Positions 63,988 through 64,000 of a stretch of 64,000 nucleotides of DNA are shown here, piece after piece. The first letter of the stretch is position 1. Each line of letters starts with the position of its first letter. Source of the stretch: a virus; the IMG/VR virus record IMGVR_UViG_3300020204_000022, positions 8,555 through 72,554 of that record; one strand, written 5' to 3'. A model generated the notes under the pieces. That model saw nothing but the letters and a program-made list of their open reading frames with translations, ran no database searches and was not told where the DNA came from. The position numbers and the translations under genes are program-made.

Positions 63988-64000
63988 ATACAAATAAAAT

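Noticed and set aside
1-64000. Evidence for a prophage boundary, integrase, transposase, homing endonuclease or rRNA.
   Set aside because: No recombinase, HNH, GIY-YIG or LAGLIDADG motifs and no att-like structures were seen. The only mobile-type element found is the endonuclease-less intein in nrdA.

Overview
AT-rich, tightly packed and almost entirely plus-strand coding window. It looks like part of a large tailed phage genome, not a cellular chromosome. I read three blocks. (1) 2..18037 holds virion, fibre and adhesin genes: collagen-like G-X-Y fibre proteins and a 1643-aa adhesin with LamG-like, Pro/Thr-linker and Fibrobacter-type paralogous domains. (2) About 19..43 kb holds a replication and nucleotide-metabolism block whose proteins are collinear, from my memory of T4, with T4 gp32, gp61 and UvsW. 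The gp43-like family-B polymerase stops after motif A. The block also carries eukaryote-like class Ia RNR genes, with the large subunit broken by a split mini-intein, an MBD4-like glycosylase, Hsp20 and adenylate kinase. (3) About 24..59 kb is an accessory region of orphan genes, tandem paralogs and repeat proteins, plus a four-gene minus-strand operon headed by a ClpC/ClpB-like AAA+ protein. After it come a carbamoyltransferase, cupin and methyltransferase cluster and two tRNAs, Ser(UGA) and Gly(UCC). The most interesting signal is a short portable N-terminal leader (aromatic-x-x-aromatic, then 2-6 residues, then x-E) on at least 15 unrelated proteins, including adenylate kinase, the Clp-like ATPase, a Pol-beta NTase, a peptidoglycan-binding protein, LRR proteins and an HExxH protein. 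It has the same shape as the T4 internal-protein capsid-targeting sequence and prohead-protease site. Most of these genes lie behind a conserved GATATATA motif that also precedes fibre genes. I infer a large, previously undescribed set of capsid-packaged, possibly injected proteins. I found no rRNA, CRISPR array, integrase or transposase. The host is probably a Bacteroidota-type bacterium, an inference from the Fibrobacter-type paralogous (FISUMP-like) domain, an Hc1-like histone gene and A-rich leaders without Shine-Dalgarno sequences. All homology statements come from pattern recognition by eye, not from database searches.
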